Origin: an uncultured candidate division Zixibacteria bacterium
GTDB lineage: Bacteria; Zixibacteria; MSB-5A5; RBG-16-43-9
Assembly (NCBI GenBank): GCA_963713865.1
Contig: OY970208.1
Span: 1,056,001 to 1,120,000 of the forward strand
Direction of reading: 5' to 3'
Length of the DNA stretch: 64,000 nt
A program made the position numbers and the translations under genes. Under the pieces are notes generated by a model that was not told the DNA's origin, ran no database searches, and was given only the letters and a program-made list of their open reading frames with translations. Shown here one piece after another: positions 11,010-20,524 of this stretch (position 1 is the stretch's first letter; every line of letters starts with the position of its first letter).

Positions 11010-12356
11010 CTATTCCTCTTTTTTTATTCCTGGTTGTATGAGGATAAACCTTTGACTTTTCCCCCTTTTTATGGCAAAAAGGATCTGTTTTTGATCCTTA
11101 ACTTTTTCTAAGGCTTTTTTAAAATCGTCCAGACTTGAGATTTTCAAGTCTTCAACTTTTTTAATAACATCCTCTTCGGATAGCTCTCCCTGGCTGGCTG
11201 GACCTCCTACCTCCACGAAGGAGACAAAAACGCCCTCTTTGTCCTCCAGCATATATTCTCTATAGAGAACATCTGTTATCTCCTTAACGGTAAACCCAAA
11301 ATCCGTTTCATATTCCTCAGCTTTGACCTTGGGCTGAAGAGCAATTTTGACTTTAAGATCAAGGATTTTATCTTTTCTCTGCACCTTGATTGAAGAAAAC
11401 TCACCTACCGGGCTTTCGCTTACTAGGAGAGAGAATCGATTTAAATCTTCCTCCTTTTCAGCGGATATTTTTTCTCCCTGATATTCAAGGATAATATCTC
11501 CGGGTAAGAATCCGGCTTGTTCTGCGGGTGAATTGTGTTCCACATCGCTTATCAATACCCCTTTAAGCTTATCATCTCCGAAATATTTGGCAAACTCACG
11601 GTTTAGGGGCTGAATGGATAAACCGAGCCAGCCCCTTTCGATCACGCCTGCGGCTAATAATTTATCCTTGATCTTTAAAGCGGTGTTGATCGGTATGGTG
11701 AACCCCTGTCCGCGTCCTAATCCTATAGAGTTTATCCCTATGACTTCACCTTTCAAATTAACCAGTGGACCTCCGGAAGAACCCGGGTCTATAGCCGCAT
11801 CGGTCTGTATGAAATCGCTGATTAACCTGGATTCTTCAGGCAGAAATGGTATGACCCGACCTTTACCGCTGACTATTCCGAAAGAGACAGTCCGGTCGAA
11901 ACCAAAAGGATTACCCACAGCAATTACCCATTCACCTACTTCGATCTTTTCTGAGTTGCCGAATTTCGGTACAGATAATTTTTCCTCAGCTTTTATCTTG
12001 ATCAAAGCTAAGTCGGTCTGTTTATCCGTTCCGATTACCTCAGCTGGATACTCTAATTTACTGGTCAAGGTAACCCTTATAGACTGGGCTTTATCCACCA
12101 CATGCTCATTCGTCAGGATATAACCTTCTGGATCAACCACCAGGCCTGAGGCTAAGGACTTGAATTTAAAACTGTCTGATTTCTTGATTACCTCAATGTG
12201 AATCACCGAGGGTTGAATCCGGTTGGAAAGCGAGATTATGACTTTCTGCAGGTCATCGAATAATTTTATGACTTTTTGATCGTCAGCAGTAACTGGCTTA
12301 GAAAATTGGAACAAACAAAGAGTTATGACTGTAATTAAAATATGGCTCTTTCTCAT
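11010..12356 (-). CDS. HtrA/DegP-family serine protease with two PDZ domains
   Basis: Catalytic triad motifs LTNEHVV, TDLAL, TDAAIDPGSSGGPL; signal peptide. Confidence 0.9.
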   Translation of the reverse strand: MRKSHILITVITLCLFQFSKPVTADDQKVIKLFDDLQKVIISLSNRIQPSVIHIEVIKKSDSFKFKSLASGLVVDPEGYILTNEHVVDKAQSIRVTLTSKLEYPAEVIGTDKQTDLALIKIKAEEKLSVPKFGNSEKIEVGEWVIAVGNPFGFDRTVSFGIVSGKGRVIPFLPEESRLISDFIQTDAAIDPGSSGGPLVNLKGEVIGINSIGLGRGQGFTIPINTALKIKDKLLAAGVIERGWLGLSIQPLNREFAKYFGDDKLKGVLISDVEHNSPAEQAGFLPGDIILEYQGEKISAEKEEDLNRFSLLVSESPVGEFSSIKVQRKDKILDLKVKIALQPKVKAEEYETDFGFTVKEITDVLYREYMLEDKEGVFVSFVEVGGPASQGELSEEDVIKKVEDLKISSLDDFKKALEKVKDQKQILFAIKRGKSQRFILIQPGIKKEE

Positions 12357-12556
12357 TTTGGCTGCTCCTTAGCAAAAGTAGTGTTCTATTATATACAAGG
12401 ATTTTAAGATAAGGTCAAGTGAAAAAATAGGTGCAACAATATGGTCAAAGTTGCGTAATATTGTTAGTTATCTTGGGAAGGGAAAGAGGTAACATATTTT
12501 AGGTTAAGAGGATAGGAAATAATTAATTAAAGATAGATTATCATAGATGTTTTTAC

Positions 12557-12584
12557 TTGACAAAATTTTTATAAAAATTATATT
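12557..12584 (+). promoter_or_regulatory. Sigma-70-type promoter
   Basis: TTGACA-16 nt-TATATT upstream of 12612. Confidence 0.5.
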
Positions 12585-12611
12585 GAAAATTTCCACAGAA
12601 AGGAGCAGGTT

Positions 12612-14147
12612 ATGGCTATCTCTAAATTAAACCTGAGAAGTAAAGATATTTTTCTTTATGGGCTTTTTGCTTTCCTGTTTATTTTAGTCGGGATTTTAAT
12701 AGCCTCAAATTTGAATTTTTCTTCCCCTTCCAAAGCGGTTGAGAATACCCAGTCTGAAAATGCATCAAAGCTGGTTCAGCTATTTGAAAAAGAAAGTCCC
12801 TTTACCATTGTAGCGGAAAAGGTTAGCCCAGCAGTGGTAAATATAAGTGCGGAGAAGGTTTTAGAGCAACAATATCGTGATTTCTTTCCTTTTGAGGATG
12901 AATTTTTCCGTAGATTTTTTGGAGAAACCCTTCAGCCAAAAACTCCACTTAAATCTAAAGGTTATAGCTTAGGCTCAGGGTTTATCATTGATAAAGAAGG
13001 TTATATCCTTACGAATAATCATGTGGTCTCAGGTGCAGATAAAATCACGGTGAAGTTAGCAGATAGAGGTGAATATAAAGCCAAAATTATAGGTACGGAC
13101 AAGGAAACCGATATTGCAGTGATAAAAATTGATGCAGATAAGTCTCTACCAGTAGTTGAATTGGGTGATTCGGATTCTATGCGGGTAGGTGATTGGGTGA
13201 TTGCCATTGGTAATCCCTTTCCTCAATTAGGATTAGACCGAACAGTGACAGTAGGTGTGGTTAGTGCCAAAGGGAGAAAAGGATTGAACTTTCAAGGTGA
13301 AGAAGGTCCTTCTTATCAAAATTATATACAAACTGATGCAGCCATAAATCCCGGGAATAGCGGGGGACCTTTGTGTGATATTGAGGGTAAGGTAATAGGG
13401 ATAAATGCGGCGATTACCAATCCAACGGGAGAAGCTGTTAACATTGGTATAGGGTTTGCAATTCCGATTAGTCTGGCAAAGTTAGTCATTCCTGATCTTA
13501 TAAAAGGTAAAGTTATCTCCAGGGGTTATCTGGGAGTGGGAGTGGAGAATCTTACTGAAGATATGAAGGATGCCTTAGATTTACCATCAACTGAAGGTGC
13601 TTTCGTGCAGCAGGTTCAGCCGAATACACCAGCTTCAAAAGCTGGTATTAAGACTGGAGACTTCATCATAAGCTTTGATGGTAAAAAGGTTACTGATTCA
13701 GACCAATTCAGGTTTATGGTAGCACAGGCTGAGCCAGGTAAAATGGTCAGTTTAGAGATACTCAGAGATAAAAGGAAACTGGAGCTGAAAGTCAAATTAG
13801 GAGAACGGGAGAAATTTCTCGCAACAACCACAGAAAAACCTTCTACACAAGAAAAGGAAGAAAGCTGGCTAGGTCTTAAGGTTGAAACAGCAACTGAAGA
13901 GCTGGCAAATCAATTCCGGGTTAAATTTGCCAAAGGAGTAATCGTTACCGCGGTTGAGCCCGGCAGTAAAGCTGAAGAGGGTAAAATTCAGGCTGGAGAT
14001 ATAATCTTAGAGATCGACAAAAAGACTATTCAAGATAAAGAAGATTATAATAAAATAGTCAAAGGGCTTGAGAGCAGAAAAAAAGCAATAGCATTTTTAA
14101 TCAGTCGTAACGGTAATACTATCTATTTAGCAGTTAAACCCGAATAG
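12612..14147 (+). CDS. degP: Do/DegP (HtrA) serine endoprotease
   Basis: LTNNHVV, TDIAV, TDAAINPGNSGGPL; two PDZ domains; N-terminal membrane anchor. Confidence 0.9.
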   Translation: MAISKLNLRSKDIFLYGLFAFLFILVGILIASNLNFSSPSKAVENTQSENASKLVQLFEKESPFTIVAEKVSPAVVNISAEKVLEQQYRDFFPFEDEFFRRFFGETLQPKTPLKSKGYSLGSGFIIDKEGYILTNNHVVSGADKITVKLADRGEYKAKIIGTDKETDIAVIKIDADKSLPVVELGDSDSMRVGDWVIAIGNPFPQLGLDRTVTVGVVSAKGRKGLNFQGEEGPSYQNYIQTDAAINPGNSGGPLCDIEGKVIGINAAITNPTGEAVNIGIGFAIPISLAKLVIPDLIKGKVISRGYLGVGVENLTEDMKDALDLPSTEGAFVQQVQPNTPASKAGIKTGDFIISFDGKKVTDSDQFRFMVAQAEPGKMVSLEILRDKRKLELKVKLGEREKFLATTTEKPSTQEKEESWLGLKVETATEELANQFRVKFAKGVIVTAVEPGSKAEEGKIQAGDIILEIDKKTIQDKEDYNKIVKGLESRKKAIAFLISRNGNTIYLAVKPE

Positions 14148-14162
14148 GAAAGGAGTGGTTCC

Positions 14163-15017
14163 TTGGCCAAAAACTCAAAGAGATATAGGGATGAGGATAA
14201 ATCCTTAGATCTTTATTTGAGAGAGATAGGGGAAACCCCTTTGATAACAGCCGGGGAGGAGGTTGAATTAGCTAAGAGGATCAAAAATGGTGATCAATCT
14301 GCTTTAGAAAAGCTGACCAAAGCCAATTTGAGATTTGTAGTCAGCGTAGCAAAGCAGTATCAAAATCAGGGTCTATCCTTAGCTGATTTGATCAATGAGG
14401 GGAATATCGGGCTAATAAAAGCGGCTAAAAGATTTGATGAGACCAGGGGCTTTAAATTTATATCCTATGCGGTCTGGTGGATAAGACAGGCGATTTTACA
14501 GGCATTGGCTGAACAATCCAGGATTGTGAGATTACCCTTAAACCGGGTAGGGACTCTGCATAAAATAGGGAAAATCTCCAGCTCCTTAGAACAGGAGTAC
14601 GGGCGTGAGCCCAGTCCAGATGAGATCGCCAAAGAGCTGGCACTATCCACTATGGAGGTGTCAGATACTCTGAAAATCTCCAACACTCATCTTTCCTTAG
14701 ATGCACCCTTTTCCACCTCTGAGGATAATTGTTTGATGGATGTCTTAGAGGATGAGCTTCAGCCAGCTCCGGATGAGGCGCTTTTAGACGAATCCTTGAG
14801 GGTGGAGATAAGCAGAGCTTTAAGGACCTTAAGCAGTAGAGAGGCTCAGGTCATAAGCCTTTACTTCGGATTGACTCACGAGAAGCCTTTAACCTTAGAG
14901 GAGATCGGGGCAAGGTTTGGCTTAACCCGGGAAAGGGTAAGACAGATAAAAGAAAAAGCAATCCGCAGGCTAAGACATGCCTCCAGAAGCAGGACCTTGA
15001 GGGCGTATCTGAGTTAA
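14163..15017 (+). CDS. rpoD: RNA polymerase sigma-70 factor, RpoD/SigA family (short form lacking region 1.1)
   Basis: [53 protein letters not shown] start after AAGGAG. Confidence 0.9.
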   Translation: MAKNSKRYRDEDKSLDLYLREIGETPLITAGEEVELAKRIKNGDQSALEKLTKANLRFVVSVAKQYQNQGLSLADLINEGNIGLIKAAKRFDETRGFKFISYAVWWIRQAILQALAEQSRIVRLPLNRVGTLHKIGKISSSLEQEYGREPSPDEIAKELALSTMEVSDTLKISNTHLSLDAPFSTSEDNCLMDVLEDELQPAPDEALLDESLRVEISRALRTLSSREAQVISLYFGLTHEKPLTLEEIGARFGLTRERVRQIKEKAIRRLRHASRSRTLRAYLS

Positions 15018-15042
15018 AAAGAAAAAGATAGATAATTAAATT

Positions 15043-15080
15043 TGGGGCAGGGTTTTTACCCCTGCCCCTGTTTTTTCTTT
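15043..15080 (+). terminator. Intrinsic terminator
   Basis: GGGGCAGGG/CCCTGCCCC followed by a T-run. Confidence 0.75.
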
Positions 15081-15138
15081 TTGCTTCGGTAATTCTCTCC
15101 GTAGGGGATCTTAAGACTATTGCCGAAGCATCAATATT

Positions 15139-16092
15139 TTAAATCTTCAATACCCCGTCTTTCATTATTATCTGCCCATCTATTTCGAGGGTTGGCTTTA
15201 TCAGGATTCCGTCCAGATGGCTCTGCACAGACACATTTCCGCCCATCGATTTGTTATCGCCAATAGCCATATGCACGGTTCCCATTACCTTCTCATCCTC
15301 TAAGACATTGCCTATGATTTTAGCTTTGTCATTTGTGCCAATTCCAAGCTCTGCAATGTTTCTTGCAGGCTTTCCAAATGGCTCAATCGCTTTTTCTAAA
15401 TCTTTAGCAGATTTGTTTCCTGAGATTTCAGTAACGAATCCATCCTTGACAATTAACCTAATTGGCTTTTTGATAACTCCCACTCCAGCCATAGCCCCAT
15501 CCACTATAATTACCCCGTTGGCAGTTCCCTCCAAAGGTGCAATATATACCTCACCTGCAGGGAGGTTTCCAAATTCACCGGGCTTATGATACAAACCGGT
15601 ATCAGGCTCCCAGGTTCTTCCCTCTATTTTCATTGTTATATCAGTACCGGATGGAGTTTTTACTTTTGCCACTTTTTTCCCGGATAAAATTTTAGCTAAT
15701 TTCAAGCTCCTTTCAGCTATCTTATTATAATCAGCGCTTAAAGTCCTTTTCATCGAATCCTCTGTAATCCCCGGCAGGGTGGCAACCCTTGCCCTGGCTT
15801 CGCAGGCATCCCGGCGTGCTTTAGTATGAGTCATAGATCTGGAAGTCGGGATTAATACTACATCGAACCTTTTCATAAAATCAGCCACCATCGGAGGTGG
15901 CTCTTCTCCATTAGATGTGCGTGAGATTATCTCCAAAAGCATCGCCTCACCCGCAATCTCCTTTGCGGCTTTCCATAGAGCCTGGCCAATCTTTCTTAAA
16001 GGCTCATCAGTGATGATTAAAACGTTCTCCCCTTTTTTAACCCCCATACAGTTGTGCACCGCTATCTTTGCGGAATTCATTAAGTCTTCCAT
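15139..16092 (-). CDS. M29 (thermophilic metalloprotease) aminopeptidase
   Basis: GNLPAGEVYIAP, IAELGIGTN, EDEKVMGTVHMAIGDN, HLDG. Confidence 0.88.
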   Translation of the reverse strand: MEDLMNSAKIAVHNCMGVKKGENVLIITDEPLRKIGQALWKAAKEIAGEAMLLEIISRTSNGEEPPPMVADFMKRFDVVLIPTSRSMTHTKARRDACEARARVATLPGITEDSMKRTLSADYNKIAERSLKLAKILSGKKVAKVKTPSGTDITMKIEGRTWEPDTGLYHKPGEFGNLPAGEVYIAPLEGTANGVIIVDGAMAGVGVIKKPIRLIVKDGFVTEISGNKSAKDLEKAIEPFGKPARNIAELGIGTNDKAKIIGNVLEDEKVMGTVHMAIGDNKSMGGNVSVQSHLDGILIKPTLEIDGQIIMKDGVLKI

Positions 16093-16121
16093 TTATCCTC
16101 CTAATAGTTGCGATTTATAAC

Positions 16122-16181
16122 GCAAGGCTGAAGCCTTGCCCTATAATCTTTTTTATAGAGACGCATGCGATGCGTCTCTAC
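16122..16181. repeat. Two REP-like palindromes
   Basis: GCAAGGCTGAAGCCTTGC(CCTATA) and TAGAGACGCATGCGATGCGTCTCTAC; sister copies at ~28786 and 19784. Confidence 0.8.
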
Positions 16182-16186
16182 GTCTT

Positions 16187-17047
16187 CTAAATAAATTCTC
16201 GCATTGCTTCAGTTATATCTATTTCCTCGATTTTCTGCTCCACCAGTGGAATATCTTTTATCTGGGGTAGAAAATCTTCATATGTGCTTCGGGTCTCCTT
16301 ATAGAAAACCCCAATCGGGATTTTATCTCCCCATTTGAATGCTTTCTCCAGAGCCATTTTTTTATCTTCAGGGTTATAATCTTTCAAATCTTCTAATTTA
16401 TAGGTTCTTTCTTTATACCATTTGTAAGTGTTTTTGTAGTTAAAACTAACGCAGGGCTGAAGGATGTCCACTAAAGCAAACCCCCGGTGTTTTATCGCCT
16501 GGATTATCTGGTTTTTTAAATGGTCTAATTCACCCACAAATCCCCTGGATACAAAAGTGGCACCTCCAGCTATGGCTAACACCATCGGGTTGACCGGCTC
16601 TTCAATTGCACCGGCAGGAGCTGACTTGGTGGAAAATCCTTTATCCGAAGTGGGGGAATACTGCCCTTTGGTCAAGCCATAGATCTGGTTATCGTGAACG
16701 ATATAGGTCATATCAACGTTTCTTCTGAGGGTGTGCATGAAATGGCACATCCCGATTCCGTAACCATCCCCATCTCCACCATGCCCGATAACAGTTAATT
16801 TATGGTTGGAGAGTTTTATCCCTGTGGCTACTGGAAGAATCCTTCCATGAATTCCCTCAAATCCATAGGTATCAACATACTGGGGAGTTTTGCCAGAACA
16901 GCCTATTCCGGAAACTAAAACGGTGTTATGTTTTTCCAAGCCAGCTTCTGAGATCGCACCTTTGACTGCGGTCAATATCCCGAAGTTCCCACACCCCGGA
17001 CACCACTGGATTTTGACTCTGGTTTTTAATTCTACAGGGGTGACCAT
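16187..17047 (-). CDS. korB: 2-oxoacid:ferredoxin oxidoreductase beta subunit
   Basis: WCPGCG, SGIGCSG, TPP motif GGDGDG, DNQIYGLTKGQYSPT; ATG 17047 follows SD AAAGGAG. Confidence 0.9.
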   Translation of the reverse strand: MVTPVELKTRVKIQWCPGCGNFGILTAVKGAISEAGLEKHNTVLVSGIGCSGKTPQYVDTYGFEGIHGRILPVATGIKLSNHKLTVIGHGGDGDGYGIGMCHFMHTLRRNVDMTYIVHDNQIYGLTKGQYSPTSDKGFSTKSAPAGAIEEPVNPMVLAIAGGATFVSRGFVGELDHLKNQIIQAIKHRGFALVDILQPCVSFNYKNTYKWYKERTYKLEDLKDYNPEDKKMALEKAFKWGDKIPIGVFYKETRSTYEDFLPQIKDIPLVEQKIEEIDITEAMREFI

Positions 17048-17080
17048 TTTATATTCTCCTTTCAAAGAATGGAGGAAGTC

Positions 17081-17142
17081 GTAGGGACAGCCCTTGTGGC
17101 TTTCCGAATTAGACTGCGGACAGGGACAAGCCCTGTCCCTAC
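17081..17142. repeat. GTAG-type REP doublet (REPIN-like)
   Basis: GTAGGGACAGCCCTTGT...ACAAGCCCTGTCCCTAC inverted pair. Confidence 0.8.
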
Positions 17143-17150
17143 ATTAAATA

Positions 17151-17615
17151 TCATCCTCTCAAATCTATCTCCCTCTTGCAATGGTGGCACTTCTTCGCAC
17201 CTGCAACTAATGGTTTTCCACAGAACCTGCAGGTGTAGAATTTTTCAGATTCTGCTAGCCATTCATTTATCTTACCAGCTTTAATCATAACCATATTCTT
17301 TCTCAAATCCACACCATCTTCTTCCAAGTAATTTTTTGAAAACTCCTCGAACATCTGACAATTTCTGTTTTCATAATCTACGCATTCGTAGCAGAATTCA
17401 TAACCTTTTTCTCTTTGGCAATGCACAAATTTGCACTCATATCCCCAGCAATCAGGAGTTAAGGCACCACACCCGTTACATCTGACCTTCTCCATGGGAC
17501 ATTTCATTCTCTCCGCAAAACGCTTTCTCCACTCCTGGTCATCCCTTTCAATCCGGTATATAGTACACGCCCCACAGTAAAGCCCGCATTTGCCGGCAAG
17601 ACTTCTTTCAGTCAT
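17151..17615 (-). CDS. DUF3795-like Cys-rich metal-binding protein with C-terminal zinc ribbon
   Basis: CGLYCGAC, CNGC, C-X3-C, FCYEC, CRFC...CHHC. Confidence 0.8.
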   Translation of the reverse strand: MTERSLAGKCGLYCGACTIYRIERDDQEWRKRFAERMKCPMEKVRCNGCGALTPDCWGYECKFVHCQREKGYEFCYECVDYENRNCQMFEEFSKNYLEEDGVDLRKNMVMIKAGKINEWLAESEKFYTCRFCGKPLVAGAKKCHHCKREIDLRG

Positions 17616-19396
17616 AAGTATTTCCTTATGTCTTTTATTACTTTAATCTCCTTCAGTTTCTTATAAATAAAATTCGGATAAAAGGGTCTGCCGTCGTATT
17701 TTAAGATTTTATGCTGAATTTCTATTCCGGTCTTTTCCCTTATAAAACCTGCCAGTTGAGCAGTGTAGTTGTTCTCAACATCCACGATGGTTTTGGCTTG
17801 TGATAGAACTTTTGTGACATCTTCTGCTGGAAAAGGCGAAAGATATAAGATCTGCAGGAAATTTATTTTTATCCCATCTTTTTCCAGAAGCTTCATCGCC
17901 TCGAAGATGGGTCCTTTGGTTGAACCCCAGGAGACTAAGGTTATGTCAGCTTCTTTTGGTCCATAAAGCTTGGGAGGTGGCAGTTCCTTTTCTATAAAAC
18001 TTAATTTCCTCATCCTTTTATCCATCATCATGATAATAACTTCTGGAGGCATCAAGACCTCTGAAGCCTCATTGGAATAACCGTACTCATCATGCTCACT
18101 GCTGTCAGCCACATGCATCCCCTTCATCTGCCCGGGGATAGCTCTCGGTGAAATTCCATCTTCAGTGTTCAAGTATCTTTTATATTCCGAGATCTTATTA
18201 AGTTCTTCCTGAGTGAGAAGTTTTCCTCTTTCTATTTTCAGATGGAAGTGTTCAAAAAGCTCGGTGGTTTTATAATCCTCAGCTAAGAATTTATCGATCA
18301 GGATCAATACTGGCACCTGAAATTTTTCGGCTAAATTGAAAGCATTGAAGGTCTCGTAGAAACACTCTTCCCTATCTCCGGGTGCCACAAGTATCCTTAT
18401 AAATTCTCCCTGGGAAGCGGAAAGCAAAAATTTCAAGTCTCCCTGGCTGGTTTTGGTGGGTAAGCCGGTTGATGGTCCGGGTCTTTGTCCTTCAACTATC
18501 ACGATGGAAGTTTCAGTCATTGCGGCCAAGCCTAAGGCTTCGACCATCAACGAAAATCCGCCTCCGGAAGTGGCAGCCATTGCTCTAGCTCCAGTAAAAT
18601 TAGCGCCAATTGCCATATTGATGGCGGAGATCTCATCCTCGGTCTGCTTAACCACCAGGCTAAATTCTTTTTCATTTTCTGCCATAGAGTGCAGGATCGC
18701 CGAAACCGGTGTCATAGGATAAGCCGAGTAGAATTTACATCCAGCTTTGACTGCCCCCAAAACGATGGCATCATTTCCGGATAAAAGCATCCTCTCCGGT
18801 GCTTTCATCTTTTCGAGCTTATACCCACACTGTTCGCATACACTCTGTTTTATGTAATCAAAGCCCATCTTGGCGGCTTTTATATTCTGTTCGACTATTT
18901 CTTCTCTCTTTTTCCCAAAAGAATCACTTATGGCTTCTGTTAAAAGCTCAAAATCATAATCTAAAATAGCTACTGACGCACCCACGACCACAGTATTTCT
19001 CAAAAGCAGCTCAGCCTTTAGTTCCCGGATTATCTTCAATAACGGGACGGGGTATAAAGTAATATCATCTCTTTTCAAACCCTCTTTGGAGAGCTTAAGC
19101 TCATCCAGATCATAGATTATCCCCCCTCCGGAGATAATTTCTTTTAAATGCAAATCGACTGTCTCCTGGTTCAAAGCTACCAGGAGATCAATTGTCTCCA
19201 GATGGGAGAAGATCTCCTGCTCATCAACTCTCACCGAAGAAGTATTATGCCCGCCTTTGATCAGGGAGGGGAATTCGCTGTTGATAAAGACATGCAGACC
19301 ACCGCGGGAACAGGCTTTGGCTAAAAGAGTTCCTGCAGCCATAATCCCGTACCCGGCTGGACCCCCTATCATCCAGGAAATTTTGTTTTTAATCAT
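17612..19396 (-). CDS. korA: 2-oxoacid:ferredoxin oxidoreductase alpha subunit (gamma-alpha fusion)
   Basis: GGPAGYG, SLIKGGHN, YPMTP, EDEISA, ATSGGGFSLM, QRPGPSTGLPT. Confidence 0.92.
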   Translation of the reverse strand: MIKNKISWMIGGPAGYGIMAAGTLLAKACSRGGLHVFINSEFPSLIKGGHNTSSVRVDEQEIFSHLETIDLLVALNQETVDLHLKEIISGGGIIYDLDELKLSKEGLKRDDITLYPVPLLKIIRELKAELLLRNTVVVGASVAILDYDFELLTEAISDSFGKKREEIVEQNIKAAKMGFDYIKQSVCEQCGYKLEKMKAPERMLLSGNDAIVLGAVKAGCKFYSAYPMTPVSAILHSMAENEKEFSLVVKQTEDEISAINMAIGANFTGARAMAATSGGGFSLMVEALGLAAMTETSIVIVEGQRPGPSTGLPTKTSQGDLKFLLSASQGEFIRILVAPGDREECFYETFNAFNLAEKFQVPVLILIDKFLAEDYKTTELFEHFHLKIERGKLLTQEELNKISEYKRYLNTEDGISPRAIPGQMKGMHVADSSEHDEYGYSNEASEVLMPPEVIIMMMDKRMRKLSFIEKELPPPKLYGPKEADITLVSWGSTKGPIFEAMKLLEKDGIKINFLQILYLSPFPAEDVTKVLSQAKTIVDVENNYTAQLAGFIREKTGIEIQHKILKYDGRPFYPNFIYKKLKEIKVIKDIRKYL

Positions 19397-19428
19397 TTTT
19401 TCACTCTACGGGAGTTACTCTTGAGTTT

Positions 19429-19467
19429 CCCCCTCTCCCTTACCCTCTCCCACAAGGGGAGAGGGAA
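19429..19467. repeat. CCCTCTCCC-N4-GGGAGAGGG palindromic repeat
   Basis: CCCTCTCCCACAAGGGGAGAGGG also at ~19914, ~23624 and, interrupted and inverted, at 28861-28931. Confidence 0.85.
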
Positions 19468-19501
19468 CAAAGGGAGCAAAAGGTTAATCTTTTTACGACA
19501 C

Positions 19502-19756
19502 TCAATAAAGGAGCTCGTTGGTCTCCAGATTTCTAATATGTATCACATTTACCGGACATTCATCCGCAGCCCTGTCATTGCAGGGCAGATCTTTCTCCTC
19601 TATGTCTAAATACTCCCAGCCAGGCTTGGGTTCAGTTGAACCTTTGACATCTGAACGGTCGTCTGGTCCCATCTCCCAGAATTCCGGGCAGAGATTAGTG
19701 CAGTTACGACAACCAATGCAATTTTCTCGGTCATGTTCTATTCTATATTTGGGCAT
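19502..19756 (-). CDS. Single-cluster ferredoxin
   Basis: CIGCRNC...CPEFW...CPVNVI; ATG 19756 after GGAG. Confidence 0.85.
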   Translation of the reverse strand: MPKYRIEHDRENCIGCRNCTNLCPEFWEMGPDDRSDVKGSTEPKPGWEYLDIEEKDLPCNDRAADECPVNVIHIRNLETNELLY

Positions 19757-19783
19757 AATTTTGCTCCAATATAAAAAGAGCCT

Positions 19784-19994
19784 GTAGAGACGCATCGCTA
19801 TGCGTCTCTATGTTTTTCATTTACCCCTCCTTGATGGGAGGGATAAAGAGAGGGTGAAAATTTCTTTTTTACATATTCCTTCTCCCCCGCCTCTGGCGGG
19901 ATTTTCAACCTAGCCCTCTCCCACAAGGGGAGAGGGAACTATGTAGTTGCCCAATTTATTGGGCGTTTCTTTGCTAGATAAATCGGGCAATTAC
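19784..19994. repeat. Dense cluster of at least five palindromic repeat types
   Basis: GTAGAGACGCATCGCTATGCGTCTCTA; CCCCTCCTTGATGGGAGGG; CCCGCCTCTGGCGGG; CCCTCTCCCACAAGGGGAGAGGG; GTAGTTGCCC...GGGCAATTAC. Confidence 0.8.
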
Positions 19995-20291
19995 TTTTTC
20001 TTATATACGAAATCTGCTGGCACGACTACAATAGAGTCGTTCCCTCCATAAGGACTGGGCACATACTTATGCGCAACTGGATCATTTAGCCATTTGTCAT
20101 CCACTAAATATTTGAATTTATACTCCCCGGGCTTTAGAGCCAAAGAGAGCTTCCAGAACGTCTTTGATCTTTTTCATAGGATTTTTCTTATGGTCCCATT
20201 TATTGAAATCTCCTACTAAAAAGACTTTCTTTGCCTCAAGCAGGTCCAAGCTAAAAGTGGTCTTCTTGGTCTTGGGGTTAATATCTATCAT
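19991..20291 (-). CDS. Small CBM48/AMPK-type glycogen-binding protein, frameshifted near 20157 (99 aa if repaired); absent from the ORF track
   Basis: Hand translation: MIDINPKTKKTTFSLDLLEAKKVFLVGDFNKWDHKKNPMKKIKD, then +1 frame WKLSLALKPGEYKFKYLVDDKWLNDP...PYGGNDSIVVV; SD GGAGGTG. Confidence 0.8.
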
Positions 20292-20329
20292 CTCTCACCT
20301 CCTGGTATTTTTGTGTTTTTCTTTTCAAT

Positions 20330-20394
20330 GTAGGGGAAACCTTTAGGTTTCCATTCTTTTGAGCTGAAAATGGAAGGCTGAAGCCTTCCGCTAC
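20330..20394. repeat. GTAG-type REP doublet
   Basis: GTAGGGGAAACCTTTAGGTTTCC...GGAAGGCTGAAGCCTTCCGCTAC. Confidence 0.8.
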
Positions 20395-20524
20395 AAAATC
20401 CCTAAAAAGTTTTGATTAATATAGTATCAAAATATGTTCAAAAGCAACTTATTTTAGAGAATATGATATGGCTTGATAAATCAACCACCTGCAAATGCAG
20501 GGGTTCTATTTATCGAACCCTAAT

